From the NCBI GenBank assembly GCA_964016885.1, contig OZ024745.1:44392001-44456000 (forward strand): a stretch of 64,000 nt of DNA, in the 5' to 3' direction. Numbering within the stretch: the stretch's first letter is position 1; each line of letters starts with the position of its first letter. The notes beneath the pieces were generated by a model. That model did not search any database. It was not told the DNA's origin and saw only the letters and a program-made list of their open reading frames with translations. Of this stretch, positions 49,451 to 62,261 are shown piece after piece. The position numbers were made by a program, and so were the translations under genes. This DNA is from Eledone cirrhosa. Taxonomy: Eukaryota.

Positions 49451-52400
49451 TGAACAACAAATATTCACAAAATATATTGATTATCTTGCTTGATATACAA
49501 GAAATGAAATCTGTAAGTATACTATATGTCTTAGGGTAATAATTAGCACAAGAAGCTATGAATTTATGACCACTGACATTTCAGATGTATTTGTATACTG
49601 TTTTGTTACTTACATGGTATAATTATATTTTTGAGGTGGACCTAATAATAACTTCTCTCTCTGACTGACTGTGTGTGTGAAGTGCAAATTATATGACGTT
49701 GATGTAAGACTTGTGACAGGATACAGGCAATCAATGACTTAACCCTTTAGCATTTAAACCGGCTGTATCTGACCAGAATTCTTTCACCTTTCTGTTCAAA
49801 CTGGCCATAACTAGCTACTCATACTGATGTTAAAATATTGTTCTCAAAATAAATATCAAAATCTGCTAGATTTGATATTATGTGAGATATTTATATGAGG
49901 TAAAGCCTTTACCACAAAAATACAATAGTATATAAAGAGTAATGTAAATGCTAAAGTGTTAAAACTACAACAAAGAGGAATAGGTTGATTAACATCTACA
50001 AGACATGCAATGTTAATGTATGAGAAAGGTTATGGTTGTGGAAACATTGTGTATGAAAGACACTGATAGGGGCAGCTACACTCACAACAATAGTTAGTAT
50101 TAAAGAATGAAGCATAGTATTTTAATAGATGACTCTGGTCAAATGAAGTGGGAGGTGATATTATTTAACTCCTGATTAGCTTGATCGAATGATTCTTTGG
50201 TCAAAGGCATGATAGCTATGACCATCCTTTTTTTTATATCTAGATTATATTATCAAATGTGTCCTTCCCTTTTTTAAGGCAGTTTCGTGTGATTTGAGAA
50301 GATTTGGCTGCTATTTCTAGTAAATTGATATGTTGTGAAGGAGCTTCTTTGTTGGCAGAGAGATGTAATGATGATCATGAGCTACACTTTTATATTGAAA
50401 GTAGATATAATCCTTACATAGCAAAACAGTCTTGATGTCTGATACAAAAAGATATATTTATTAGGCTTATATTCGGTCATCCTTATATGATTTTCTGTTC
50501 ATTGGTAATTGGAACTATGCTTTATGCACTAGATTTAATGTTATGCTAGTAATTAATTTTATATTAAAGTTTGATATAAAGTATGTTTTCAGAGATAAGT
50601 TACCTTCAGAATTGTTATTCTATACATATATTTTATCACTGCAAATAAGTGTGTAGTTTCTGTTAACCCTTTCGATACTAAATCAATTTATTTGAAAAGT
50701 GCTTATATTTATCTAAAACCCTTTTATCATAATTTTATGTAAGGACCTTTATGTTTCAAACACTAGCTTAAAAACGAGAAAGTTATATTACTAAATCCCT
50801 GCAAAGTCTTACTTATTTTCAAAATGATTTGAAGGTTGAAGGCAGTGTATTTCATTAGAAATATTATAACAAAAAGGTTAGCAAGTAAAAATCTAAAGAT
50901 GCTTTAACAAAATTAAAATTGGAAGAACTGGAATTATCAAAGAAGTTAATAAATCTTAACTTTTTGCTTTAATTAATGTATCTGAGAAGAAAGAACAATA
51001 TCCCTACCCCATAAATCATTTAAATAAGATTTATGCAATTAATATGGGAGATAGAGATTTCAGCATAGTGATTTCAGGGAAGGAATGTTTAATTTTGCTA
51101 GTTGAAGAGTGAAATATTTGCTCTAAGAGATGTCAAAGTCTCCTTTAGACAATTTTGACTATAAAGCTATCAAAAGGAGTTTTTTTTTCTCTCTATTATT
51201 ATAGTCATGTTTTTTTTAATCTAAAACTATTTTTGCAAGAAATCCTTAATTTAAGAACAATCATGACGCTTTCGCTTCAGTACATTATCTTTAGTAACAG
51301 AAGTTGTGTTTAATTTAAATATTAGGACTTATGTATAATAATTATACACTATATTTTGTTCCTGTAGTCACAGCTGCTAGCTTGATCTAGTTTTGCTGTT
51401 AAAGCATTTTTTTTTTATTTTTTTACTACAACGAATTGTGTGTGTGTTGGTGTGTGTGTTGTGTGTGTGTGACTAATGTGTTAGATTTGTTGGTAAGATG
51501 TTTGTGTATCAATAAACCGCATTTGTCAGAAAATTTTGCAAAATCAATAAGTACAAATCTGAGGATCAATATAATATGTGTATGCTTTTAATGAAATCAA
51601 TTATATATACAACAGTATATGTATTGGTAAAAGTTTAACCCCAACATCATTATTGCATTATAGTTTTTTTAATAGAATATATCTTGCAATCCATTGTTAT
51701 GTTCAAATGCTTCAAATATAAAACAATAAATATTCTGTATGTTATCATGGTTTAATAGTATTTTGTCTTTTATGACAAGTTATGGCTACAGAAGTTAGGA
51801 TATCCATCAACTAATGTTAAATGGGATACTATTTCAAGTAGTAACTACTTTAGATGTATAGTTACTAAGAAATGGGAGCCTTTACTTTACAATCACAATA
51901 CAACCTGGAAATACTGTTTGAAGTTAACAACACGCACACACACACACACACTTTAAGATAAAAATATTTGTTCATCCTTTGGTCATTATATAACAAAACT
52001 CTTAGTTTACTCAAATTTATCAATTTATTTTCCAATTACTTTATGCAAATTTGATATTTTTGTTCTGGATGTTTCTGCAAATATAAATTTTATTACCATT
52101 GTTTTCTCTTTTATTGTTTACATGGAGAAGAATCTTTTCTACTCAAGAATGATGAACTAAGTCTTTAATATAATCATTGGTGCCACTTTTACTAAGCCTT
52201 ATTGAATCTAATCTATATTTTGGCTTGTTTGGTATATTTCATTGCCATGGTGCATCCTATTAACATAAACTGCTTGTCTTTTAATACCCCACTTCTCTTT
52301 TCTTCAGAATTCTATATGCTAATGGTGCTCAGCTTCTTTACAGTCTTTAACGCTTGACTTACTGGTGTTTTGTTCTTTAGCCAACTGGGGGATAATCCTG

Positions 52401-52467
52401 CCACAACACCAACCAGTTATTTATTGTTTGTAGCCTATTTGTTCTTTATTTCTTTGTCCTTTTGCAG

Positions 52468-52622
52468 CTTCCATTCTTCAGCAACATGGTGGCCATGCTC
52501 CTGATTTCAAAGGTGAAGCCTACACATTCAAGGCAACTACAGCCGGAATTATTGCAACTCTTTCTCATTGTATAGAAATAATGTCCCAGAGAGAAGATGC
52601 TTGGCGTAAACGTATGGAGAGG
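52468..52622 (+). CDS. CERT1: CERT exon: middle region helical domain
   Basis: tttgcag|CT...AGG|gtatgt; 155 nt, phase 1-0; (A)[51 protein letters not shown], carrying the [15 protein letters not shown] signature. Confidence 0.96.
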
Positions 52623-53711
52623 GTATGTCTATAGTTTTTCTCGGATTTAATTTTCTCTATCATTTAACATCTTGTAAGGATTTAACAGAAAATATGTAAA
52701 GATGGGTTTGTTAATTCAAATGTTCATAGTATCTGTACTTATGGACAAATCATTTTGAAAATTTGTGACATTAGACTAAAGATTTTATTTTCAGCATAAC
52801 TGACTGCATCGTGTTAAATAGTAATGTTCTATGTACGTGGTTGTTAATTCATTACATAATAATTTGTTATCCTTCTTATATTAGTGAGTCCATTACTGTT
52901 TTGTAATTTTCTAGATTGTCTTACTGCTGTGTTGTCAGGCAGTACAGGATGTTGAGAGTTAAAGAAGTAGTTTTATAATTCATATTTTACATATGGCTGA
53001 CCATCTCCATTTCTAAATAATATAGTTAGTCTAATAATAACTTTATTTGGTATTTGTTTTATAAGTGACAGTCTAACAAGTGATAATATCAGTACTCTCA
53101 TTGTAGAATCTGTTTAAGAATTGTAAAACAAAAAAAAATCCCATATCAGGATGACTGATCTGGGATCAAAAGGTCCATATCACAAAAGCCCAAGTGCTAA
53201 GTAGTTACAAAAAGTACAAAATTCCACCACTATTTTGGAATTGGTTTTGACATATTAGAAAGGAGTTGGTAGCATCCTAACAATGGATAGAGATGTATAA
53301 GGATCTCTAGTAGGTCAACAAGTAATCAGAACCTCAAATGTGCCAGATGTACAAGTAGTTACCAGTAAGAACCATCTATGAATCAGCCTGTAAACTAGGC
53401 TCAATACAATTAGTAGACATTTTTAACTCACCAGATGACCTGCTTAATGTTGGAGATAGTTGCAGTGATTATTTAGTAGCTAGAGCAAGAAGAATGTTAG
53501 AAGAACAGAGAGCTGTTATCTCTATTGGGAATAGCTAGACTGTATAGAGCAAATCTAAGAGGTGTCATGGTACATTATAATGAGACAGGGGGATTATATG
53601 TGGAGGACTTGTGAAAGTCGGAAAAAAAGTGTGGGATATGTAAGATAACTTGTATGAAGACAGCACAAGATATCTTTGAGAGTGGCTAGACATTAAAAGC
53701 ATTATTTAATG

Positions 53712-54397
53712 CACAGGTTCTCAACCCATTTAGGCCAAACGCCCCCTTTTGTCCCTCAAAATCACGAAACGCCCCCCCCCCCCCCCCCAACTATTTTTTC
53801 CATTTTTCAATATACTACTGATTTTTATATCAGTAGATTACTAAAAAATTGATTAACAATATTCCAAAGATGTGTGTATTATCTGATTATGCGTTGTATG
53901 TGGTCCTAGATGTGTGTGCTACTCGCTTCTGTTTTTCTTTTCTTTTTTTTATTTGTAATATTATATATACAATAGGGAATAAAATAGATCTACATAGTGT
54001 TAACTCGTTGCAGTTGAGTCAATAATTTCAGATGTGAAATACATTGTTATCGGTGAAGGAAAGATAAGATTCTAACTGGCTGCGCTCAAAGTGTCTTTGA
54101 CCCAGTTGACTGTAGGTTTTTCCATTTTTAGGATCTCAATTACCGGTTAACGCCTCAATTACCAGACATGCCTGCACACCTGCTCACAGCTGCGGGCAGA
54201 CTATAGTTATGCTGTCTGCAAGCTCATTCAAATGCATTCACACTGGCTGTCTCAAACACATACAAATATGGCTTATAAAACTTACTAAAATAAAGAGCCT
54301 TCCTGACCCCCCTCCCTCAGCTCCAAACGCCCCCCTAACGCGACCTTGCTCCCAAATGCCCCCCGGGGGTGCATATGCCCCCCGTTGAGAACCTTTG
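53712..54397. mobile_element. Non-autonomous hAT (Charlie-like) element
   Basis: 14-bp TIRs ca(c/a)aggttctcaac; perfect 8-bp TSD ATTTAATG (53704-53711, 54398-54405); subterminal aaacgccccc repeats; no long ORF. Confidence 0.92.
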
Positions 54398-54830
54398 ATT
54401 TAATGTGTGCAGACACAGTTGTGCTTGTGTGGATATGTGGTGTAACTTGATGAGGGCTGGGTTAAAAATGTGCTCACAGTACAAGGTACCCATGATAGAA
54501 GAAACCCAAGGAAAACAGGAGTTAAGTTAATTGCTAAAAAGCTAACATTAATTTCCAATGATGATAAATCATTTATCTTTACCTATTTAGCCACTTGCAC
54601 AGAGAAATGTGTTCTTTATTAGTTACAAGCAGCTATTATTGCTGAATTCTCAATTCTGAGGGATAATAGGCAAAACTATATGGCTCACATTAACTGAAAC
54701 TACATATAAATTACACACTATTTGTGAGAGTGTCTATTAGATATAATATATTTGTATTTATAAATAAATGTTGTCTTTCCTGTTTTTCAACATAATAAAC
54801 TACATAGTGCTTTTTGTCATTCTTATTCAG

Positions 54831-54923
54831 GAAGTGGAAAAACGAAAGAAAGTTGAAGAGTCCTACAAATCTGTTTTACAGGATCGACAAAAGCCAATAG
54901 TGTTTGGTGGACCAGATTATGAG
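54831..54923 (+). CDS. CERT1: CERT exon: coiled coil to FGGPDYE
   Basis: attcag|GAA...GAG|gtaagt; 93 nt; EVEKRKKVEESYKSVLQDRQKPIVFGGPDYE. Confidence 0.95.
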
Positions 54924-55629
54924 GTAAGTTTCTCACAACAACCAAAATACTTAGTCTTCAAACACTACAGTTACTAGATATGTTTTTACTGCTTTGACTT
55001 TTCAAAGGACTACACAAAGACTAGAAGACAGTATGTGTGTATTGTGGTGTTATATATATATGTATATATATAAAAATGTGTGTATATATGGCAAACAAAA
55101 GGCAGCAAATTGGCAGTGTCATTAGAATGTCAGATAGAATGCTTTGCAATATTCTCTCTGGCTATCTGCACACTGAGGTCAACTTGGTCTTTCATCCTTT
55201 TGTTTCTTAAAGTACCAGTTCAGTCCTGGGGTCAATTTTTTCTCTATATCTGTTTCTCTCTTCTCTTTTTCTTTGAAAGAAATCAGCTTTGGGCAAACCT
55301 GAAGAGGAATTGGATCTGCTAGGTTTAAATGTCCAAGGCATGCTGTATATCATTGTGGCACCCCTATGACTCGATCAGGAATTTAAAAAAAAGAATGGCA
55401 AACAAACAACGTTTTATAGAGAGGACTATCTCGTGTTACATAAGGTAGCAAAGACCTTTAGTCTAGCGCTGATGCTATGATAAAATGCAACTATTACTCT
55501 TTGTAAATTGAGACGTGTTCCTCGACCTTTCTAGGAGGGCAGTAAATCTAAATACAAAATACTTAAATCAACTAAATGTATCCCTCCAACAATATCTAAT
55601 TGAAAATAATAAAAACTCAGATCATATAT

Positions 55630-56090
55630 TAATATAAATCACCACTTTGTGGTCCTGGCAGACAGCGCGGAGAAGACATTGTCCCAGAGAATAGTGAGAG
55701 GGATGTGCTGGAACAGCCATTCCACCTCGTGGAGCTTGCACTTGTGGGCAGCCAACTCCACCCCAATAGCTGTGAGTAGGGATGTGATCTGGAGGCCAAG
55801 AACACCGGAAGTCTCCACTGCCATAGGCTTGACCACAAACCTATCAGAGCGGCCGTTACTTTAACAGTTTGTCCTCTTCAGCCTAGTGGTCAGCGGAGCC
55901 TGGGCTGGTAGCTGAATGCACTAGGTTGCCACTGGAGAAGGTGTCACATGTGGTATCCCAGATGAAGTGCTTACTCCCGTGGAAGATTGTCATACCATCT
56001 GGCCTTTTGCTGTCCTCTCGATCCAGCCCAACTGGCTCGAGCTTGGAAAAGAATTTTGTGGTGTCCAGGTCATGTTTCATGTTCTCATTG
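55630..56090 (-). mobile_element. CRE-like non-LTR retrotransposon fragment (restriction-like endonuclease C-terminus)
   Basis: LEPVGLDREDSKRPDGMT...WDTTCDT...AEEDK...PMAVETSGVLG...WLFQHI; GC-richer than flanks. Confidence 0.8.
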
Positions 56091-56299
56091 AGAATAACAT
56101 GGCCAGGGAGGCAAACAGCACTATGACAGTGAATGGAGACAGAAAGAATCCAAAGTGAATCTACAGTGGAATTAGTGAGGCTCACACTTTCAGCCCATAC
56201 CATAATGGAAAAGCCGACATAAAATTGATGGTACACACAGTGTGAACAAGAGAGAGAAAAAAAATTACTTAATTCTGAAAGTGACTTATATGTTATATT

Positions 56300-58860
56300 T
56301 TATTGGGAGATAAAACTTCACAAATCACTACTCTGAGGTTCTCATTTCCAATCATCAGGCAATTATGAAAAGTTGAACATAAGAAAGTTGTTTAAAAGAC
56401 ACAAGAGGAGAGGTTTGACTATCTAGACTAGTTTCGATTGGATAAGTTTATTGGAACAAAAAGCTTTTATTGGTTGATAATATAACTCTTGTATACAAAA
56501 TAATTGAAGGGAGAAGAGAGGAAAAGAATGAAAGAAATGTGTAAATAGAAAACAAAAGTATGGAAAACATGGATAAATAAGCAAGTGTGAAAAATATGTA
56601 AATATATGAATGTAAAAAAAAAAAAGTGAGTGTCATAAAAGAAAAAATATTTGGTGAGCATAAGAATAAGGAAATGATAAAATTCAAAAGAAATTTTTTA
56701 AAAATCATCATCATCATTTTACGTCCACTTTTCCCTGCTTGCAAGGGTGGGACGGGAACTGATTCTGGCTTGATTTCTACAGCTGGATGCCCTTCCTAAC
56801 ACCAACCTCATTTACAGTGAGTGCTGGGTGCTTTTTTTCCGTGGAATGATAGGGACCCCAGTCCTATCATCTCATTTCTACAGCTGAGTAAACTGGAGCA
56901 ATGTGAAATAAAGTGTCTTGCTCAAGGAAACAACACATCACTTGGTCTGAGAATTGAACTCACAACCTTTCAATTGCAAGGCCAATGCTCTAACCATTAA
57001 GCCATGTGCCTCCATCTCAGAAGAAAATAAAAGTTCTCCAAGGAAATGAGGTGAAAATTAGGGTAAAAAATGATGGCAAAAGAGCTGTTTGCTCAGAAAT
57101 ATACCAAGGATTTTAACCATTGGGAGGAAAATTACAGGAACTTAGAATTGGGACTTTTCATTTAATATCTGCAATTTTTGACATAAAATGAAAGACTTCT
57201 CACTTAAACACAGTTTACAACAAAAGTTCAAGTTGGACTATCCATGTTCGTACAGTAAAACTTGCCATTGTATTTGAAATGCTATTAGAATAGATTCTTT
57301 CAAAAACTAAATGTACTTGATCAAACTTATTTTAAATGTTTTTCAGTATACCTGAAAGAATAGATATGCTGGTAGAAGCATGTCAAAAAGAAAAAAAAAG
57401 TGAAGATGAATTATTTGTTGCCTTTATGAATTATGCAGATTTATTGTAATTTTTATACCAGACATTTTGTATAAAAAATATTTCCTACCTTCTGAGGAAG
57501 TGACAGGTTTTTAGTCTCATGCAACATGAAGGGTCATGAATTGGATACTCAGAAAAGATTTCATAAAATTAAGAAATACTGTTTAAGAAATACTGTTCTT
57601 GATATATTTAATTTTTTATATATCAACTTAGATGCAATTAAATTCTGCACTTATCAAAAACCCAATAAAAGATTTTAACAAGAATTCCAATTACTTGCTT
57701 AATATTCTATGAAATTTAATTCCCAATATTATTAAATCTATTTTTTCATTATCCTCTGAAGATACATTTATTTACACTTCTTGTTATTATAATGAGGACT
57801 TTCCAGTCATGGTTTTTCAAATACAATATATCACTCATTTAATGACCCAAAGTGTAAAAATAGACCAAGAAGTATTCTGTGATGTAATAAATATTGCCAA
57901 AGATTTCTTAAATTTAATTTCTTTTCATCTTTCAATGAATCATAAGATCTTTAGCAGAAATTTGATTTAGTTAGTTATACTTACTATAAAAATTTTGCTT
58001 GCTCAATTTGGAAGTATTTGCAACATCACTAAAACTCTTTCTGAACAGTAATTGCCCTATATGTGCAGCTAAGCAATTGCTTTGTTTAAAACTTACATTG
58101 GATTAACTCAACATATTCAGTCTTTTAAACATCTACAATAAAGAAATTTCGATAAAATTGTCCAGATAGTTTCAAAAGAACCTCGTCCTATTGCTTTTAG
58201 AATAAAATGGTATATTCTAGAAAAAGTAACTCGCACTTTCAATTGTAAATTGTGCTTAGGTGAAAAGTTTTTTCCTTTTACAAGACTTGAAGGTCCAAAT
58301 TATTATGCTCCTGTGGACACACCTCCACATATTTGCTTTGTAGCTATTTACCTACCAGTAGGTAACTACTTTTTCTGAGCAATTGAATTTTTTTGCCTCC
58401 ATTTTCTTAATTTTTATTTTTTTCATATTTTTAGTTATTTCCCTTGCATAGCCTGGCATACACATTAAAAAATTTTCTAATTTTTTTTTTCATTACACTC
58501 ACCATGTTTTTTATTCATATTTTTACTCATTTATATATGCATGTCTTCCACATTTTTATTTTTGTATTTTTCCATTTAAATATTTTTTATTCTTTCATTC
58601 TTTTATTTTTATTTTCTCCCCCTTTCCTTTTTGTTCTTTTCCCTGTTTTCTCCTCATAGCTTTAATTATTTTGTACACAAGTTGTATTATCAACCAATAA
58701 GATAGATCCTTTTGTTTTAATCCTATTCAATTATACCTTGTCTAGATACTCAAACATCTTCCCTGTATGTCTTTTAAATATTTTTTGACTTTTCATATCA
58801 TCTGAAGATCAGAAACATGAAACGCAGGTTATTGAATTTATGAAGTTTCACCATCTAATG
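56300..58860 (+). mobile_element. Penelope-like element relic: GIY-YIG endonuclease remnant between about 400-bp inverted arms
   Basis: 58094-58273 reads in one frame YIGLTQHIQSFKHLQ*...IKWYILEKVTRTFNCKLCLGEKFF; 56300-56700 is an inverted homolog of 58440-58860. Confidence 0.65.
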
Positions 58861-59874
58861 TGTGTGTGTATCTAATATATAATGATTGGAGAACTGTGAG
58901 ACTGTGTCAGGGACTTTTATTTTGTGAACACATTATTAAAATAAGTTGGATTACTTTGAATAAATCATGAATGAATATTATGTAATTTATTTATTAAATT
59001 CCGTAGCTGTTGATTAAACATTAATATTCATATATATAATGTATTGCTTATTCTAAGACTCACTTTTTTTTAAATGTTCAAATGTCAACACTTCCGGTTA
59101 GCATCCATTATATCATAACACTTTGCCATACGCTATATAACATCACTTATATATCATTATAAACGTTCATATATTTGCATCGTTATAGAACATTTATATT
59201 TCCGTCGCTATTCTCACTTTTTCCTTTTTCGTTTTCATACCATTTCGCCGAAATGCAGTTTATATATAATATCGTCTTTTTAAATGTATCATGGATTACT
59301 TTACTGATTGCAGAAGAAAGTGTAAGACAGTCTCTCTTCAATTTCTGTGCATATTCGTATTTGACGTATCTGATCTACATGCATATATATTTGCATATAA
59401 TATCAATATGCACACTACACATACTAGCAGAAAACCACTCGAAGGGTGGTTTTTCTGCTTGTACATCTTAATGTGTAATTCACTGTTGTCATTGCTGTTC
59501 AAATGCAACACAAGCCGACATCTTGAATCACCTAATCAACACTTGATAGATGGACAAATTTTAAAATGAGGCATAGGCGACATGATGAAATCAGACAAAG
59601 AATAACAACATATACCCAAGGTCTATTAGCTCTAATATATACCAAAAAGTCATTTAGCTTCCATGTTTTCCTGCATATCTTGTTCTGTTATGTGTTTATT
59701 CTGATGTCACTAATAACTAATTTATGATGAGTAGCACATTCTCCCTCAGGGAAGGCCTTACTATTTATTACAGTCTATTTATCTTGTCTTACAAATAAGA
59801 AATCAACCTGGTTTGTGTGTTTGCATTCTAGGAGCAGGCTAGCATCCCCTATATATTTAGCTATATAATAGCAA

Positions 59875-60170
59875 TCAGATTTCACCACTGGGTTCTATCT
59901 GTTGCAAGATTTTCCCATGTTTCTTTTAGGCAATCTTTTACAACAGTTCTCCATACAATACTTGTTTTGAGAGTCTGCTGTCCTCTAGGTGCACTAGGTG
60001 ACCTGATGACTGGAGACACTGTTTCATGATCATGCAGACAGACCCACTGCACTCTCTGGTGTATGAGATCTCTATTTGATGTTGAGGATGGAGCACAAGC
60101 ATTGTTGGTGGAAATATTTGAGGTAGTGGATATGTCCACAGTATGTTGTGGCAGTCAGCATGCCACACAT
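59875..60170 (-). mobile_element. RTE (BovB-like) LINE 3' fragment
   Basis: GHLVHLEDSRLSKQVLYGEL followed by WENLATDRTQW, typical of an RTE C-terminus. Confidence 0.75.
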
Positions 60171-60343
60171 TAATGTTGGATAGAGTTATCTATTTTCATT
60201 AGTTTTCTGAGAAGTTCTGATTTTATATTGGATATGTATATATATTTACAGTCATTTGAATAAACAGTTCTTTGGTCTTTCCTAAAACTATGAGTTATAT
60301 ATGTCACATACTGAAAATATGTATTTTGTTGTTTAAAATTTAG

Positions 60344-60430
60344 GAAGGGCCACATTGTGCAATTAATGAAGATGAATTTTTTGATGCTGTCGATGCTGCT
60401 CTTGATAAGTTGGAAAAAGAAGAAGAAAGA
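60344..60430 (+). CDS. CERT1: CERT exon: FFAT motif (VAP binding)
   Basis: tttag|GAA...AGA|gtatgt; 87 nt; EGPHCAINEDEFFDAVDAALDKLEKEEER. Confidence 0.96.
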
Positions 60431-61024
60431 GTATGTTGATTTTGTATCTTCTCTGTGTCTGTAGATTGTTTTATATTGTTTTTTAGCTTCAGATCTGTTC
60501 GAGAAGGTCTATGATCATACTTTCAGCTATGCCTATCCTATCTTTATTCCTGCCTATATCTAGAGCTACAACATTATCCAATATCATCTTCTTTTCTAAG
60601 ACTAGGGCGTGATATGGGGGGAGATTTGGCTGCTATATCTAGCACGTCGAAACCTTGTTTTATCTAGTGTCATAGGTAAAAAGGTTGGTGTATAATCAAA
60701 TAGTCTAACAAAAATTGAAAAACGTAAACCATAAATAAATAATTTGTTTTAAATAATTGACTTCTAATTACAATAATCACAAACAACTATTAACCCTTTT
60801 GATACCAAACTGTTTGAAACTGACTCTGGTTCTATGATACAAAATTGTTTGTTTTAAAGAATTTTATGTTTATTCATAAACCTTCCATCATAATTTTGTT
60901 TAAGAACCTATATTTTTTAGACACCATCTTAATAATGAGAAAGTTATCTAATTTCTAATTATTTTAAAAATTAGTTGAATTATAAAATTTTACTTTTAAC
61001 TTTTGTCTCTCTCCTTTTTTTCAG

Positions 61025-61099
61025 AAACATAGTCCTGTTAATAAACCACTACCCCCTCCTGCTATCTCTTTATCACCTAATCACAGCTTGTATAATGAG
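61025..61099 (+). CDS. CERT1: CERT exon: proline-rich linker before START
   Basis: Long pyrimidine tract, tcag|AAA...GAG|gtaagt; 75 nt, phase 0-0; KHSPVNKPLPPPAISLSPNHSLYNE. Confidence 0.88.
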
Positions 61100-61224
61100 G
61101 TAAGTTTAATTAATTAGCTATTGAAGTTTTCATTAAGAAAAGTAATCTACATTTCTTGATTGTTTATATCATTATTATTATTATTACTACTTTAATATCT
61201 GTCATTGATGTTAATTAACTGAAA

Positions 61225-61590
61225 AATTAGCCCAAATGAGATAGTACCTAGTGCTCTTCTGATGATGGGGACGACCTTGATCTCATGGCAGTCCCAAATT
61301 CTTTTCAGTTCCCACTTTAGATCCTAGTACTCGTTAATTTTCTCCTCCTTTTCTTGCACTCTTGTGTCAAAGGGGCAAGCTACATCTATAATCAAGCATG
61401 ATCTTTTTTCCTTGTTGAAAACCACCAGGTCAGGCCTATTGTGTTTTAATTCTTTGTTTTATATCCTGAAATCCCACAGCCCCTTCATCCAATTGTTTTC
61501 TATCATTGACTCTGGCTTATGCTCATACCATTTCTCAGAATAAAGTAATTTGTTCAGTTTGCATAAATGCCAGTGAATTATCATTATTAT
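61225..61590 (-). mobile_element. R4/Dong-like non-LTR retrotransposon fragment (RLE domain)
   Basis: Minus strand reads WYEHKPESMIEN...LWDF...HNRPDLVV...CLIIDVACPFD...DLKWELKRIW...VVPII..ALG. Confidence 0.82.
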
Positions 61591-61626
61591 TAAGTTAATT
61601 AATATATATATATTGCTTTTTCTCAG

Positions 61627-61797
61627 ATTAATCAAGTTACGGGTGAACACTTGAATTATTTAGAAGAAAAAAATGCTGCTGGTGGAGAAGATAATTGGAT
61701 TCTCATTCATGAAGAAGGTGAGATGAAAGTTTTAAAACGAGAACTAGAAGAGGATGGTCTTGTCATTGATCCTCTAAAAGCTGTCCATTCAGTGAAG
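61627..61797 (+). CDS. CERT1: CERT exon: START domain N-terminal part
   Basis: tctcag|ATT...AAG|gtaagc; 171 nt; INQVTGEHLNYLEEKNAAGGEDNWILIHEEGEMKVLKRELEEDGLVIDPLKAVHSVK. Confidence 0.96.
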
Positions 61798-62197
61798 GTA
61801 AGCTATAAAAGTAAAAATACATTACTATGATTCTGGAGTTTGATGATAAAGAATCTAGCTTTCTCTCCCTCATTCTCATAGATTTTAGAATCTACTACTT
61901 ACATAATCAGATGTCTTTGTTTCCTAATTATTTTTTAAATATTGATCTTAATCCTTTTGATATATCACCTGAAACCTTCCCTGGTTCTATGATAAGCTGT
62001 TTATTTTAAACTATCTATATCTCTCTAAAAATCTTCCATCTTAATTTTCATATATGACCCTTTCTTAAGTTATGTTATTGTTTCTACCCCAGTGAAGGTA
62101 TTTATTTTCAATTATCACTGACTACCTAATTAAATATCTTGAAGCTCCAGTATTGTATTGTGTGTTATATTTAGTAAAGTCTTTTTTTCTTTTAAAG

Positions 62198-62261
62198 GGA
62201 ATCACTGGTCATGAGATTTGTCATTATTTTTGGGACTTGAATGTCCGAATGGATTGGGAAG
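62198..62261 (+). CDS. CERT1: CERT exon: START domain
   Basis: ttttaaag|GGA...GAA G|gtaaga; 64 nt, phase 0-1; GITGHEICHYFWDLNVRMDWE. Confidence 0.95.

Noticed and set aside
56448-56744. Hydrophobic Phe-rich ORFs resembling membrane peptides (also 58444-58659)
   Set aside because: Artefact of the T-rich arms of the inverted repeat.
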